Of a stretch of DNA of 64,000 bases, positions 34,869 to 48,239 are shown piece by piece (within the stretch, counting starts at the first letter, position 1; each line of letters starts with the position of its first letter). A program made the position numbers and the translations under genes. Location of the stretch: contig NMRA01000253.1 of NCBI GenBank assembly GCA_002633005.1, positions 11,251 through 75,250 on the forward strand, read 5' to 3'. This stretch comes from Phoronis australis (lineage: Eukaryota; Animalia; Phoronida). The notes beneath the pieces were generated by a model. The model ran no database searches. It was not told where the DNA came from and saw nothing but the letters and a program-made list of their open reading frames with translations.

Positions 34869-37810
34869 AACTGCCTATTGCTTACAAATAAAGTGCTGTA
34901 GTGAGGCTTAGGTGCACGTAGGCGCAGCCAACCACCTTTTGGCATTTGAACGTAGTGCCTACTCGCCGTAAGTTACGTTCAGTGCTCAAGGTGATACCAT
35001 ACGCTTTTGGCACCTACTTTCCTCTAATTTTACCTCTACAGCACTGGTTGGGATGTATTTACAAAAATTGTCAAGCTTCTTGACTTGTAGTGAATATATT
35101 TGTCACGGGGTTCACCAATGTGTAGACCTATTAAAGCACCTGGCTTTTTCAGTCATTGTAATTTTTTACCTGAAAGTAGCCGAGGTGAAATTCGAGCCAA
35201 CAGTATTTAAAGGTGGCCTAAGTGTAATAGTGCGAAAGAAGGGAAAGGCCAGTAAAATTAAATTTGATTTAGTGACGAAAATACTTGGAGGTTCTGGACT
35301 GGCTTAAAGTGCCTTTCTACGGAGTAATATAGTTTTCCACTTTAAACTTGACTCTTTTCACTTACTCTCCTACCTTATATTGTATTAATCATTAATTTGT
35401 TTTTTTTGCATGAAAGCAAACTGACAAAAATCTGATAAAATTGTGACTGCATTAAGCATTAGTTATCTGGAACTTTTAGATTTCATGTTACATCATATAC
35501 TTCTATACATTTTGTAAGCGCATGATGGCAGGACATCTTGGCTGGAACATGGTGATATCTCGTGAAATGCACGTGTGATCTTTTGAAACTGTATGAATCT
35601 TTGGTTGTTGATGAACTAAAGGAGCTGGGATGAACTAAGACGAACTGTCAATCGCCTGTCAACTGAACAGGTGACTTGTCTTGTGAATGAGGTGCTGTGA
35701 GGTTGAATTAAACCTGGCGGTGAAATTAAAGATACCCCGTTGGTTTCATGTAAGTTGAAAAATACATAGACCGAAATTGTGGTTCAGGAAAATGAACCCA
35801 AAAATCTGTATTGATGCATTTTAGCACAATAAACAATTATTTTAGATTTCGTACAATAGTTTTTAAAGCTGCAATATTACTTTAAAATGACCATGAAATT
35901 AAATAACACCGAAGTTTTTATAAACACAGCAATTAACTGCAAAAACACCAAGTACATAGTCAGAAACTCGATCGTGTGGGAAACCAAGAAAAGAGATCAT
36001 CGTTTTAAAAAATTGGAATTAGCTCTGTCAATTGTTACAGCACGACCCATCAAGGCCATCTGCCCGGGGGATTCTGCCTCCCCGCTGTCCCAGTCGCCGC
36101 AACTTGGCTCACAACACCAACACCCACTCGGTCGTTAAAGTGTTCACAGTTCCTCGCTAGGTCCATGTAGGGTGCATCGCCCATGACCCCCTCCCCTACT
36201 CTCGAACGGTGATCAGCTTGTATTCATCTAGGTCGATGACCTCACCTAGTATTTGTTCGTCATTGTCACGTGTAATATTGTTACTGGAAGGTTGCTGCGC
36301 ACGTGCTGTAAGGAGCTGAACGTAAGTAGATTTGAAGGGCCATGCCGTTACGGGTGTACGTGCATGCGGCCAAACAACCGGGCGAGAAATATGCACCCAT
36401 ATCAACATTCCCGATGCCAAAAAGTGACCGTTTCTACACCCTACACAAAAATGACCCACTTTAATACCGCACGGAAAGTGTAAACATTTTGAGAGTTAAA
36501 ACTAAGTGTGGAGTAACAGCATGTGTTATGTACTTCAAAAATATCAAATAATTTAGCTTTTTCAAATAAAACATTGATGTGTATATCTGCATTCCTATAC
36601 TTGCTCAAGCCGAGAAAACTTGGAGACTGATTGTGAGGGATGATGTTTGTGAACTTCTTGACTTTTTTCCCCAAAATAACTCAATTAAAGCACAGTTAAA
36701 ACGGTCGCCTTAATGTTGTTTGGAAAATTTTAACTGGAAGAAATTCGCTATTTTCTCTTCCTAATTGCGATACAGAAGATCCGCCAGATGGCTCTGGTAT
36801 ACTATCCACACTTTCTCCTTGGAAATTAGAAACGTCAAGGAAGATGGCACTGGTTCTTTTTGTAAAAGTCCATTGACATATTGAAACACCTTTTGGGAGT
36901 GTGAATTGGTAAAAATATAGATTGATCTTAACCACGACATTACAGACTTTCAGTGTTCTGGTTCACAAGTCGTCAGCCACTCCTACAGTGTCGGTCATTT
37001 TTGGTTTTAGCGGCTCGAAGTGCAACCTGACATTTTACTACTGTTGGGTAAATAATTTATTTGTGATCTGACTAAACATTGAGGGAAAGACTAGTGTTAA
37101 AGATTTTGAAATTTGGCTTGGATTGCGACAACCAGAGTGAAAAATGCAGAAGCTCAAATATATCAATGAATGAGTGACCACCGTGTGATTGTGAGCGTGG
37201 CTGACCGTGGCAGTCGGATGGCCCGTGTGAATCAGTTGAGTCATACGTAATATTTTGTGTTTTGAAACGTTTGGAAAACGTCTGATTGCCATTCAAAGAC
37301 AATCAGTGGTTTAATCGAGTGTTACCAACTGATATTTTGAGCGCTTTCGCACGATCCGCCTGTATTGCGTTGGATTTCCACTAAATAGGCATGTGGCACA
37401 CAGAGTGCGCGCGTGGCCGCTGGCCAGCCGGAACGTATCGGTGACTCAACTGTTGATAAATAATGTTACAGGAAAATATAAGAATGCACCATTTAAATGA
37501 AACAAGTTTTAACTGATCATGTTGAACATTAAATAAAGAGCCTTTTGTTCATGTTCGTGTGATATTGTATGGCCATTTTGTAATTATGACGGCGGAGCCT
37601 ATTCCCTACTTGCACGAACGCGTCCGAATCATGCTTGAAAACCAGGTATTGTGTCCAAACTTCAATAGTTCTGCATGTTTCGAACATGCACCGGCTCTTT
37701 TACGTTTGCGTTGTTAAAAATCGTAGAAACACATCGGAAACTAAAATAGACGATCCAGATCCTCTAAAGGGACACACTTGTGTGTCGAAAAGTAGAAAAA
37801 ATAAACGTAA

Positions 37811-38087
37811 CAACAACAATGGATCCGACTGAAATTTTCCGATATAATAACATCTTTCGTCGACAGAGACAGAAATAAAGTAAAGGATATAGTCTTTATG
37901 TTCAATCCATTAGGTTATAAGGACTTCTTAAACTATACCCTTTACTTTATTCCGCAGCAATGTACCATGTTCATCACGCCATATATCAGATGTCACTTGT
38001 CATATAGTGTTTGATTTTACTTTATTTCTGTTTCTGTTGACGAAAGATGTTATGTAAAAAAATTTCAGTGATCCATTTTTGTTGTTT
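37811..38087. repeat. Imperfect inverted repeat, about 75-bp arms with about 125-bp spacer
   Basis: AACAACAATGGATC..TAACATCTTTCGTCGACAGAGACAGAAATAAAGTAAA pairs with TTTACTTTATTTCTGTTTCTGTTGACGAAAGATGTTA..GATCCATTTTTGTTGTT. Confidence 0.7.
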
Positions 38088-38606
38088 TATTTACGTATAT
38101 TTATTCGTTGTTAAAAGCAATGCTAAAACGAGGCAACGTGTCCTAATCAATGCACAGCAATCATTTTTTGCTGCGCCCACCATAATGTGCAGATATTGAA
38201 TGAGCTAAAGACTGTTTTATATTACAGCGCCTTTTGTATTTGCCGGTCAAACTGGGATCGCACGCTTTTAAACTACCATGAATCTCATCACCGGCGCGGG
38301 AGAGCCAAACTCAGTAATAAACGCCTCGCGCTGTTTACCGGAAAACGTGCGGTCATCTTGTGTACGCACTAAACGCTCCCTCAAGTATTCAACATATAAC
38401 GTAACTAAACAAACATGACCGGTCGAGTTAGCCTACCGGATTATGTTGCTGTTGCTATGAACGCGGATAAGCGGGTCCACTAACTAGGACATTCTTTCCT
38501 CGTTGACAATAATGTCTATCGATTGACGTGTAGGCTAAACGGTTACGGGAACGTACTCTAAAACTATAATTATAGTTTTCGTTGTGCAATCTATACTACA
38601 GTGCAA

Positions 38607-41600
38607 ATGTCTACTTCCAAGCCTACCAAGACGGCGACCAAAAGCAGTACTTCGACGAAGACCAGTACTTCGAGCAAGAGTACTTCAGGGGCGAAAAGTG
38701 CCGCGGCACCAGCCGCGCCTCGCCGATTCGGTGCGGCGAGTACTTCTAGTGGGGCGAAAACTGGGGCACCAGCGGCGCCTCGCCGGTTCGGTGCGGCGAA
38801 GCCTGCACCAAAAGCGCCAGCGAAGAAGAGCGGGACAGCTAACAAAGACGGAGCCGCCGCATCTAAAGCAGAGCCTGAACCTGGTACGTTTTTCAATTCG
38901 GAGTGACCACTTACGACACTCTTGCGCCTGCCAGTGCTTACACATCCTCGCCCGTTCTGACCGGGGACCCATGCCGCAGGCCTACTTGCACTATGTATCC
39001 GTGGTCCTGAGAATTAGGGGGGGAAGGCCCAGGGAGGGTTTTGTATGCGATATAGACGGATATTGCCGATCGGCCATGGTATCGAGCCAGCTACATGTTG
39101 CTTTGTATGACTAACGCCCTAGGCTATAGGCCATTATATCATGCATAGAGATTAGTCTGTGCTAAAACCGTTTGACAGTAGCTACGACCACCAAGTTCCC
39201 TACGAAAGGGGATGTCTTTTGTGACCTAGTTCCCGGCGAAAGGATGCCTTTTTCTGTTTTTTAACATAACTTGCGGAGTTTAAAATTTTACAAAAGTTCA
39301 CATTTCAGTTGCGCAAATCTACATTAAGGTTTAATACTATCTATATTTTCAAACTTATGTCGGAAAGAAGACGCACATATTTCTGACTGCTTCAGGCTTT
39401 CGAGTTAAAAATGAGTTGTCTTTATTGTTATAGAATGCTTACGAAAGGTGGCGTTTGGAACAAACCCTACGAAAGAGTGGCCTTTTCATGCAATCTCCCT
39501 ACTAATGCGTCCTTTTTTTCTCGAGAGATTTGGAGACTCGAGAGATTTAACTTAGGTTGGGCTTAACGTAGTCTCCTCAGTGTACGGGGCAATAGACCAG
39601 TTTCAAAGGTTAAAGGTTATCGGGGGCACAGATACAAATTCGTCAAATGCTTTGAAATTATTTTCCAACTTTCCACTGTCAATCCTGCATCAGCTTCGCA
39701 GCCAAGTCTTCAATCTATGGCTTGCACTATCATATGATGACCTTTTTGTACTGAGCTGTTATCATCTCCCTCTAGCGGCCGCATTATTTGGAAAAAATGC
39801 ACAGCGAGGCATTATTATTATTTAGACAGGTTAATTTTGTATGAGGCATTGCCTATAAATGTTATTGGTGTAACTAATTAGAAGTAAGTTAATTGTAATT
39901 AATATTTCGCACTATGTAAAGAAATTCTAACCTTAAGTTCCAGATGTTTGTTCAATCCAAAATTCTGTGCCAACTAGAGTGCACGCCATCCCGATTATCG
40001 AATTATTATTATGCAGATCTGTGTCGTTCACCGTAACACTACAAAAAGTTTGCATTTGTGTTAAATTATAATTGAGAATGAGATTTTGATAAAGATTTCT
40101 TACAAAATGTTTTATATCGATTTAGTATGACATTTAATAAGATTAAATGTTGTCGATGCTGATTTGAAAGTGAAAAGTCCAGTTTTGTCACAATTTCAGA
40201 CAGAATCACTTGCTTATTGGCAAGTGATTAGATTTGCAATTTGAGTAAATTGGTCAAGTAAGTATTTACATCAAATATATTTTCTCTTCAGCCGCTGATA
40301 CTGGTCGCACGGAGCTGTTCGAAAAAACCATACCACTAACGGAGCTGGCAAATGTTGTTCTCAACGATTCAGGCGACGAAATAAGAAATGCTAAAAAGTA
40401 AGCTTTCCTTGCAATTTTAATTCGCCAACAGACTCGCTTACCGTTCAGAAAAACTAGGACCTCGCTAAAAACAATACTTCGCAAGATTACACGAGATATT
40501 ACCGTGTATTTCAAATGAGAACACGTGGCTTTGGCTAGATTTTAGCTAGGACCTAGCGTATATCCTAGCGTTACTGAACGCAGGCCCGGTCACTGAAGAT
40601 GACTCAAAAATAAAATTTTAAAGATTATTTTGTTGATATATAAATATTTATCATAATACAGATACTGGTGATGTTAAAATTGGTATTTTTCGATTTGTCA
40701 GGTCACCTCTGGTGATAGATCCAGCCGGACAAGCGGAGGTGTTCTTCCGTTATCGAAACGTCAACAATCTCGACGCACTCAGCAGCGCCGATATGCAACC
40801 GGAAAGAATTCGACTGGCTGTTATAGGCGGCATTAGGTAGGTTTACGTGGTGTCATAATTCAAGTGCTACATGTAAGAATGGATTACAAAATAAATCTGA
40901 ACACAGATTACCATTGCAGTCACCTTCACTTTCGTATCCGTATATTGTACGAAGGCACTGACCTCCATCTCTGTACTCTAATCATAGCATCGTAGTGAAC
41001 GTATTTGCGCGACGTAGACAATTATTCGTTACAACGCAGTACATGTTTGGGTAAGCACCATGGACTATGAAAAATAAAGTGGAAAACTTGAGACATAAGC
41101 AAACAACCAATTTACAAGGTATTGACGCCTGTGCCTGTAGGTGAAGCAGAGCAAATGCGCGCAAAATGTGGGAAGATGCATTATGATTTTGACACACACA
41201 CATGGGTGTAAATTCTCACATACATACAGTTAGTCCTAATCCGTAGCCTCAGTCAGTTAATGGGGGCTCGAACCCAAACTTTGGGCTACGAAACTCTCCA
41301 TTCCGTCACCCCTTGTATCACGTGCTGCAAAACTTTTCTCGCCAACACCGCCATGCAGCTTCCCCCTCCGATGAGTCCACAAGTCTTTTCAGCCTTGACC
41401 TTTCCGCCCTCTAGCATATATCCGGGTCTTTTGCCTTAAGCGGCATCTCATCTGGCTGTCTAAAAATGAAAGTCGATGTTCCTTCCATTGTCAGATTCTG
41501 TTTCCATGAGAACATCGAAAGCATCAGGGACTCGAGAAACCGCTCCAGGGTTTATTGAGGATCGGGTCAACCCTAAAACAGCGGAATCGAAAATGGGACG

Positions 41601-43715
41601 TGAACGCATTCCGTTGCCTGTGACTTGAGTTGCTTATTCAGCAGTTATTTAAAATGGTAATGTTTTAGGACCCTAATTGCGTCGAATAGGGGGCAAAATG
41701 CGACTTTAAATGCAGAGGTCGATCGTAAACTAAACCTCTTGGTGACACTTGTATTTATGAACCTTTGTCTTTTTGTTCGTATTTCAAGGTATGGGAAGCC
41801 AGTGGTTGTCACCATAGAGACGGCCGATTTGTTCGACACTGTCACTGAGAGATTGGAAGAAGTACACAAGGGACTTACGGACATGCTATTGAACACGAGC
41901 ATACAGGACAACGAACAGTAAGTGGTGCACACGTGTCTTGCGAACGAAGTTTAATTTTACTATTTGCATAGCAGTATACTATGAGACCTTATTGCACAAA
42001 AAACGTGCTGTTAGAATGTGGGGATTCCGGAGCGTTTTATTGGCAAATGTACGATTTCATCGATGAATGGGGAATTAACTTATTCTTCCTGGGCCGTCTC
42101 CACTGACGATAATCTTTTTGAATCCCACTGAGACCGTTTGTTTCTTGGAAACTGTCACTGCTCGGGGTCACCTCTTCTCAACAGTCTAGCTTAACCAGTA
42201 TTTCTCGTCATAAAACTATGAGGGCAGATGTTCTCACCAGGAAGAGGATAGAACTGATGGGGAATGAGTCAAACCGAAGAGAAATCTTCTGTTATCTAAA
42301 TCATTTGTGGCTAAACCTCCTGAGCCGTCATGGATCCGCCACTACACTGAGCTGATTTAATNTCTGACAATAGGTGCGTGCTCACTCACCCTTTTCACCA
42401 AAATCACGTGGTCGGGATATCAGGTTTTCGCCGGAGATTTTCATTCGCGGCCACTGAATTTAGTAAGTCTGGGTTTTAAATAAAGTTAGCTAAAACATGT
42501 TATCAAAACATTTCATTCAACTAATACTCCACAGGCATCAAAATTCAACCGTTTCACCCTGTTGGCTACGACACTGTCATTTATTTTGCTATCCCCGCAG
42601 TAATCGCCTTTTGTTGGCTGTTCATGTCTAAGCTTAATAAAAAATTAACCTGTAATAAGCAATTTTACATTGTGAAGAACATTTAGTCAGCAAAAACACA
42701 TTTGGTTTTTAGAATCTCGATTTATTGACCAGTTTTCAGGGTTGGCTAACTAGCGAGACTATTAAAATCTTTAAAAGAAATCCTACACACGTATTTGTTA
42801 CCAATAAAGTAACAAGAAACAGATTTTTAAAATGTTTTCGGAAACTACACCGATATCTTGAAAAATCAAATTTGTTTAGAGAAAACCCAGTCACACGATT
42901 ATGAACAACTAGGCATTATTTGTGCACATAGTAAGATTCTGTGATAAGGGATTTTGAAAATATATACTGGTTTTATGGGTCTACAATTCTTAAAAAAGTT
43001 ATTCAACCAATTTGATCTTTGGTAGCAAAGTTGGCCGGTTATCTAAAATAACCTAAAAACAACGCGCATTTTGCGTGAGGCCTGTATTAAACATGGATAT
43101 CAGATGCAATCTTGTACAAAAAACCTCCACAGGGAATCGAGATTGCATTGGCGCTCTATTGGGAACCGGGTGTAATGTTTTTACTCGAAATCGAAATTAT
43201 TTTTTCTGTGATTTCCCGTTGAAATTTAATGAAAGCACAAAGATAAGTGTCTATTATTCTATGCTCGAGTATGTTTACACTTGATGACCAAGGCATTCGA
43301 GTCTAAACTCAAAATTTCGAGTTTTTACTTGAAATCTCGAATATTTACTCAAATCCAAATGTCATCAGTTGCGAACTTGGACTAGAAACTCATCTGCGTA
43401 AACCATAATGACTATACTACATAATAGACACTTATCTTGAGTTTCTAGGTCTGAAATTGTCAAAAATGCAAGTACGAAGACAAGATTCCGGGTGGAGGTC
43501 TATTTTCCAACCCCAGTTGAGAATGTTAACATTGTGAATGTTTCACCCACAGGTTTATGGTCCTGGTTAAAGAGTCAGACGGTGAAGATTATAAGGTATT
43601 CAACTTTAGCGAGTCATTCACACAGCACTTCCGATTTGTTGTGTTGACCAAAGACGAGAACCCACCATCGAAGCTGCTGGAAAAGTTTTATGTGGTTCGA
43701 ATACAGCAGAAATGA
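38607..43715 (+). CDS. Protein of about 269 aa: low-complexity K/A/S/T/P N-terminus plus IQANK1 C-terminal-like (dynein AAA5-like) domain; five coding exons
   Basis: Exons 38607-38883, 40292-40397, 40702-40836, 41789-41917 and 43553-43715 are all GT-AG, phase-consistent and total 810 nt with terminal TGA. Motifs SPLVIDPAGQAEVFFRY..MQPERIRLAVIGGIRYGKPVV..DLF..DGEDY..FRFVVLTK resemble, from memory, the C-terminal region of IQANK1. Confidence 0.8.
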
Positions 43716-46700
43716 ACAGATGAGACCGAGCCGCAGAACGACTAGAACCATCTAATTTAGAATAGAAAAGGCACCCAGCTGACCAGGAGAGCGCTCTGTA
43801 AGGCTAATGGCTCTCGCGAGTTCGGCGAAATCATTATTGAGAAAATGGTAGTGGAAGACTTGAGTTTCGCGAGTACATGTACTAGTGTACTGTACCAAAA
43901 TGGCCGCCACTAACGTTATTCGCTAACGGACGACCACCAGCAATATTTCCGTTGCACACTTGAAATCCAAGGTTTCTCGCCTTTACTCTGGCAAGTGACT
44001 TGCGGAACAGAACACGCCACTGAACTTGGGAGATTGAAAGTACAGAATTATGGAGCTTCCTTTCTCTGATGTATTGGTGGCTAGCAGCAGTAATAGCAAA
44101 AACATTCATGTTCGAAAGTTGCTGTGCTGTTATCACCGCTAGATGTCGCTTCATATGTTTTTATTACTTGGTGTCCTTGGACAGTTAGGAATAATCCTGC
44201 TTTGAAATAGAAACATAAATTTAAACTATCAATAGTACATTTATTCGTAGCTCTTAGTAAACGAATAATTGCATGACGCTATTCGTTATATAATCGGAAA
44301 AACAGGGATGTCAAATTATAATTTTGCTGAATGGAATTATTTGTATATTGTGATTCAGTTATAGACTGGTATTTGAAAAAATGGACAAACAATCAAGTAA
44401 CATGCAAGTTCCGTTCATGATTTTTTGCGGATTCTTCACAACACTTTTCCGGAGTTTTGAAAGTTTATCGCGTGAACGCAAAATTTACTGTATTACTGAA
44501 TTTGCTTACAGGAAAAAATCCAGAAAAAAATCCGGAAAAATCGGCAAAAAGATCGCATGAATCGTATAAGCGAAAATAGTGTTTAGCTAAGTGTATTAAA
44601 TGAGAAATCCGAAATAAAATAAACAATATATGTAAAATATGTGTGCACAAATGTCTAAAGAAAAGGCTCTGGCGGATCTAGGACATCGCGAAGGGGGAGG
44701 TGTTGGCTACAGTTCCGATCAAAGACAAACATTTGTGGCAGCTTGACAATTTTCATGTCGGGAGCTTCCCCACATCCGCCAAGGCCAGGTAAGGCGTTTT
44801 TCGTGGCTGCAAAAAAGGATATAAAAAACTCATTGTAAAAACAGCAATTTAATTTCACGCAGTGCTCTGCGCAAGAATGTGTTTGGAGCTATTTTGTGAA
44901 GCGCAGTCTCACGTTTGCTGTCAGGCCGTGTCTATGAAAAGATCATGCGGGCGTTCATTGACCTCATTTCGGCTCTCCATTTCTCAGAGTCCGCGGCATG
45001 CACACTGAAGTTGATGTAAGTTTTCATTCTATTTTCTGACCCTCGGTTTGCTTCTGCATTACGGTATTACAGGTGCTTTCGTCTTCGTGTGGTTTTACTT
45101 CACTTACGTGTCTCGCTAGCTTACAATCAGATTATTTACTGTTTATATGTGCATATAATTAGGTGTTAGTCTCTCGGGCTGTCGACGCACAGGTCTGTGT
45201 CTGAACCAGCACTTGGTAACTATACTATTAAGTTGGGACATGCCGCCTGTGCTTTAGCGTTCAAGCTTTGTATGCTTCAGGTGATTACTATTAACGCTTC
45301 AGTCAAGTGTTGTCGCCCTGCATGGCCGGTGGGTGTGGTTAAACCATGGGCGGCGCAGCACTGAAGAAAGTGGGAGGCTACAGCCCCCAACCCTCTATGG
45401 TGCACCACCCATGTGAACACAAAAAACGCCCACGTGTTCTGCCAAGCAATGGAACTTTTAATTTCGACTACTTACCGCTATAAATGTTTTTTTTTATCCT
45501 GTTTCTCACTCACATGAAAAGTAATTTCTGGGCGTGCAAAGACTGGCAGTTCGCCATTAATTGTTTGAGGCCTGCACGCTCGGCTCATCAGGCGAACCGC
45601 CGTGACAAGCCAACAGCACGTCTCTGACAATAACGGAATTTCCGGCTCTTTGACAAAGCCTGATATTCCCTCTAATTTGACTATGGAACAACTTGAGACT
45701 AATTTTGTAATGACTAAGTGGTATAAATTCAAAATTGCCTTTTGTGCTTTTTAAGTGTGGGAGATGAATATTTTGTATTTCTGCAATCTCTCGGCCAGAA
45801 ACAATTCGTTCGCAACGATGTCGCCGAGTCAATAACATGGAGGACAACGATTCCTTCCTCACGCACCGCGTGGACGTTCATATAAACAGTCTCCTTTGAA
45901 TAACTGTAATTTTCATGCCAGCTACAGTGTTTTTCTGTGAAACAGTAATTCTCCTAAACGTCCGTTCCCTATGTTATGCGTTCTTTTTGTGTTGGAAAAT
46001 AAAACACCGTTAGTAAGAAAACAATTACGATTTAGGCGTAGACTGTAATTTAGCGTAGATGGAAAAGAGTTGCAGTTTATGTTAGTGAAAATGGAGGTCG
46101 GAAGAAAAGGATGCTGTCATGAGAGCGCCGTCGCAGATTAGACTCGTGTGCAAGATTGAGCTGTAGTTATAATCCTCGTGAGAGACAATTTGGCATTATC
46201 AAAACGTTACCTTAGTTTAAGTCGGGGCCGTAGAAGCAAACAATTGTGAACATACATGTACTTTCCACCATCAAATGGATTAATTCACATAGTCCATTTG
46301 GCATATTTACCGGTCATTCTTTTTTCCCCGACAGCAATGCTGACCCGGTGCACGGCGGCCGCTGAGCGTCTCATTCATTGAGTTGGACAATTGAATGAAA
46401 TTTGCATATGACAACGGGTTGATGGAGAAGCATACTAATCGGAGCATCTGTTGTTGATCTTGGGATGATTAAATACAGATTTCGCATTTTGGGACATCGA
46501 ATTATCGTGAAGGTCACGATAATGGAACAGATGACGATTCTTTCGTAATCCAGGTATGTTTCGTAACAATAGCGAACAAAGATTGATCGAACATTGCCTT
46601 TGCGTGGGTTAACAAATTACTGTTATGGATTGCCAACACATGTGCGGACCGACGGAGGGAGAATGAAACTGGAAAGATTAAAACATTTCTGTGTCAACAA

Positions 46701-48239
46701 GAGCCCGATCCTTTGAGCTGAACTCACACGAAATATATAGTCTTCCAGCCACAAAGGCTTCTTGTGCGATTGCACACTATTTATCCAATCCGTATCGAGA
46801 AAAAATATCAAGCAATCAAGTTTTTCGATTTCCATGTTGTTGACTATTCAATGTATAGACCCCTCATAAGTTATGGTGAAGATACACGTATGACACTCTC
46901 CCTGACGGTAGAGTTTATTGGAAACAAATTCCGCGTTATTTTGTGCGTGACGGAGGGAACAAATCACCCTCAACTATTTAGGGAAAATAGATTGCAATGT
47001 TAGCGTGACTAATGCTAAACCTCAAGTGAGTCTATTGCTTGAATTTCGGCATTTTTTAATTGTAGGAACCAGTTATCGAGGCTTTCTAATCCGGTTCATT
47101 GTTTCTCAAAATTTCACTAGTTATTGAATGGGGTTTACATTAGCAAACTCAAAATAATTTATAATTTATTTCAAAGCAGTTTTCCTCCATAATCAGTTGT
47201 TGTGAAATATATATTTTTCATATGTTAGTGTTTTCAACTAAACGATATATTATTATTTGCAACTTGTATCTGACGTCACAAAAGGTACAGGCACAGCGTT
47301 ATAGCTTTGGATGAAAACAGCAATATTCGTTTTTATATGATACTTATTATGATCGTGGACCAACTTTTTTAAGCCCGGCAAACACCACTCATCACTTATC
47401 AAATGTATCCGTAGAAAATTTATAGAGCTTTGGAAAGTTTATTCTTAGAACCGAAACTGGCTTAACTTTCATTTGAGAATGTGACTTTGTAATTTTTATA
47501 TCATTTTAGGCATAAACCAAACAACAAAGTTACCTTAACGCTTCCCTTGCAAGAGTTCGAGATTCAAACAGCGACAAGCGGGAAGACCAACATGATAAAG
47601 TACACGAATTGTGATGTGAGTTTTCGTTGAAGTATTGTTTACGAACTCATAGCCTCGAATGCTACTTTCGTCTTAATTGTTACTTACAAAACTCTAAAGT
47701 TTAGTATGATTTTGTAATGCCAAATAACAACCATGGTTAACTCCATTTGTGCTCGGTTACGGAACCAACCTTATTTCCTTCCGGTGTTTTCCGTGCATAA
47801 AATAACAGGCCCTTGTAACAACGACTTGTCAGTTTTTAACAATATACATGCAAAGTAACCCTAGTTCTAAGCAACGTAAGGTGGAAGAAGACAGAAATCT
47901 TTAATTTTGGCGTTAAGTAGTCTCATTAAAAAGCTTTGACATCAAACATAGCCGAAGGCCTTTGTGGATTGCATTTTGGCTCAAAATGGTCCAACCAACA
48001 AGCGTTCCCGACTGGAAACGAGTTGTCTGTTAGTGTTCAGGCGTCAAAGAAAGCTGGAAAGATAGTTTTTATGCTTCAATTCTAGATTTAAAACCAAACA
48101 GCATTCACCTACAAGGGGAAATTTGAGGCTATAAAAATTGACGCAAGCGAAGATACACGGCGATAGTCTCTTGGTTTATCTCTGGTACTGTTTGCGGTTT
48201 ATACCAAAGTCTAAATGACGAAAACAGTAGACTTAAAGC

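Noticed and set aside
41210-41460. tRNA B-box-like GGGTTCGAGCCCC or a LINE 3' end with a TGTA tail on the minus strand
   Set aside because: No cloverleaf or A-box; the LINE-like peptide similarity is too decayed to support a call.
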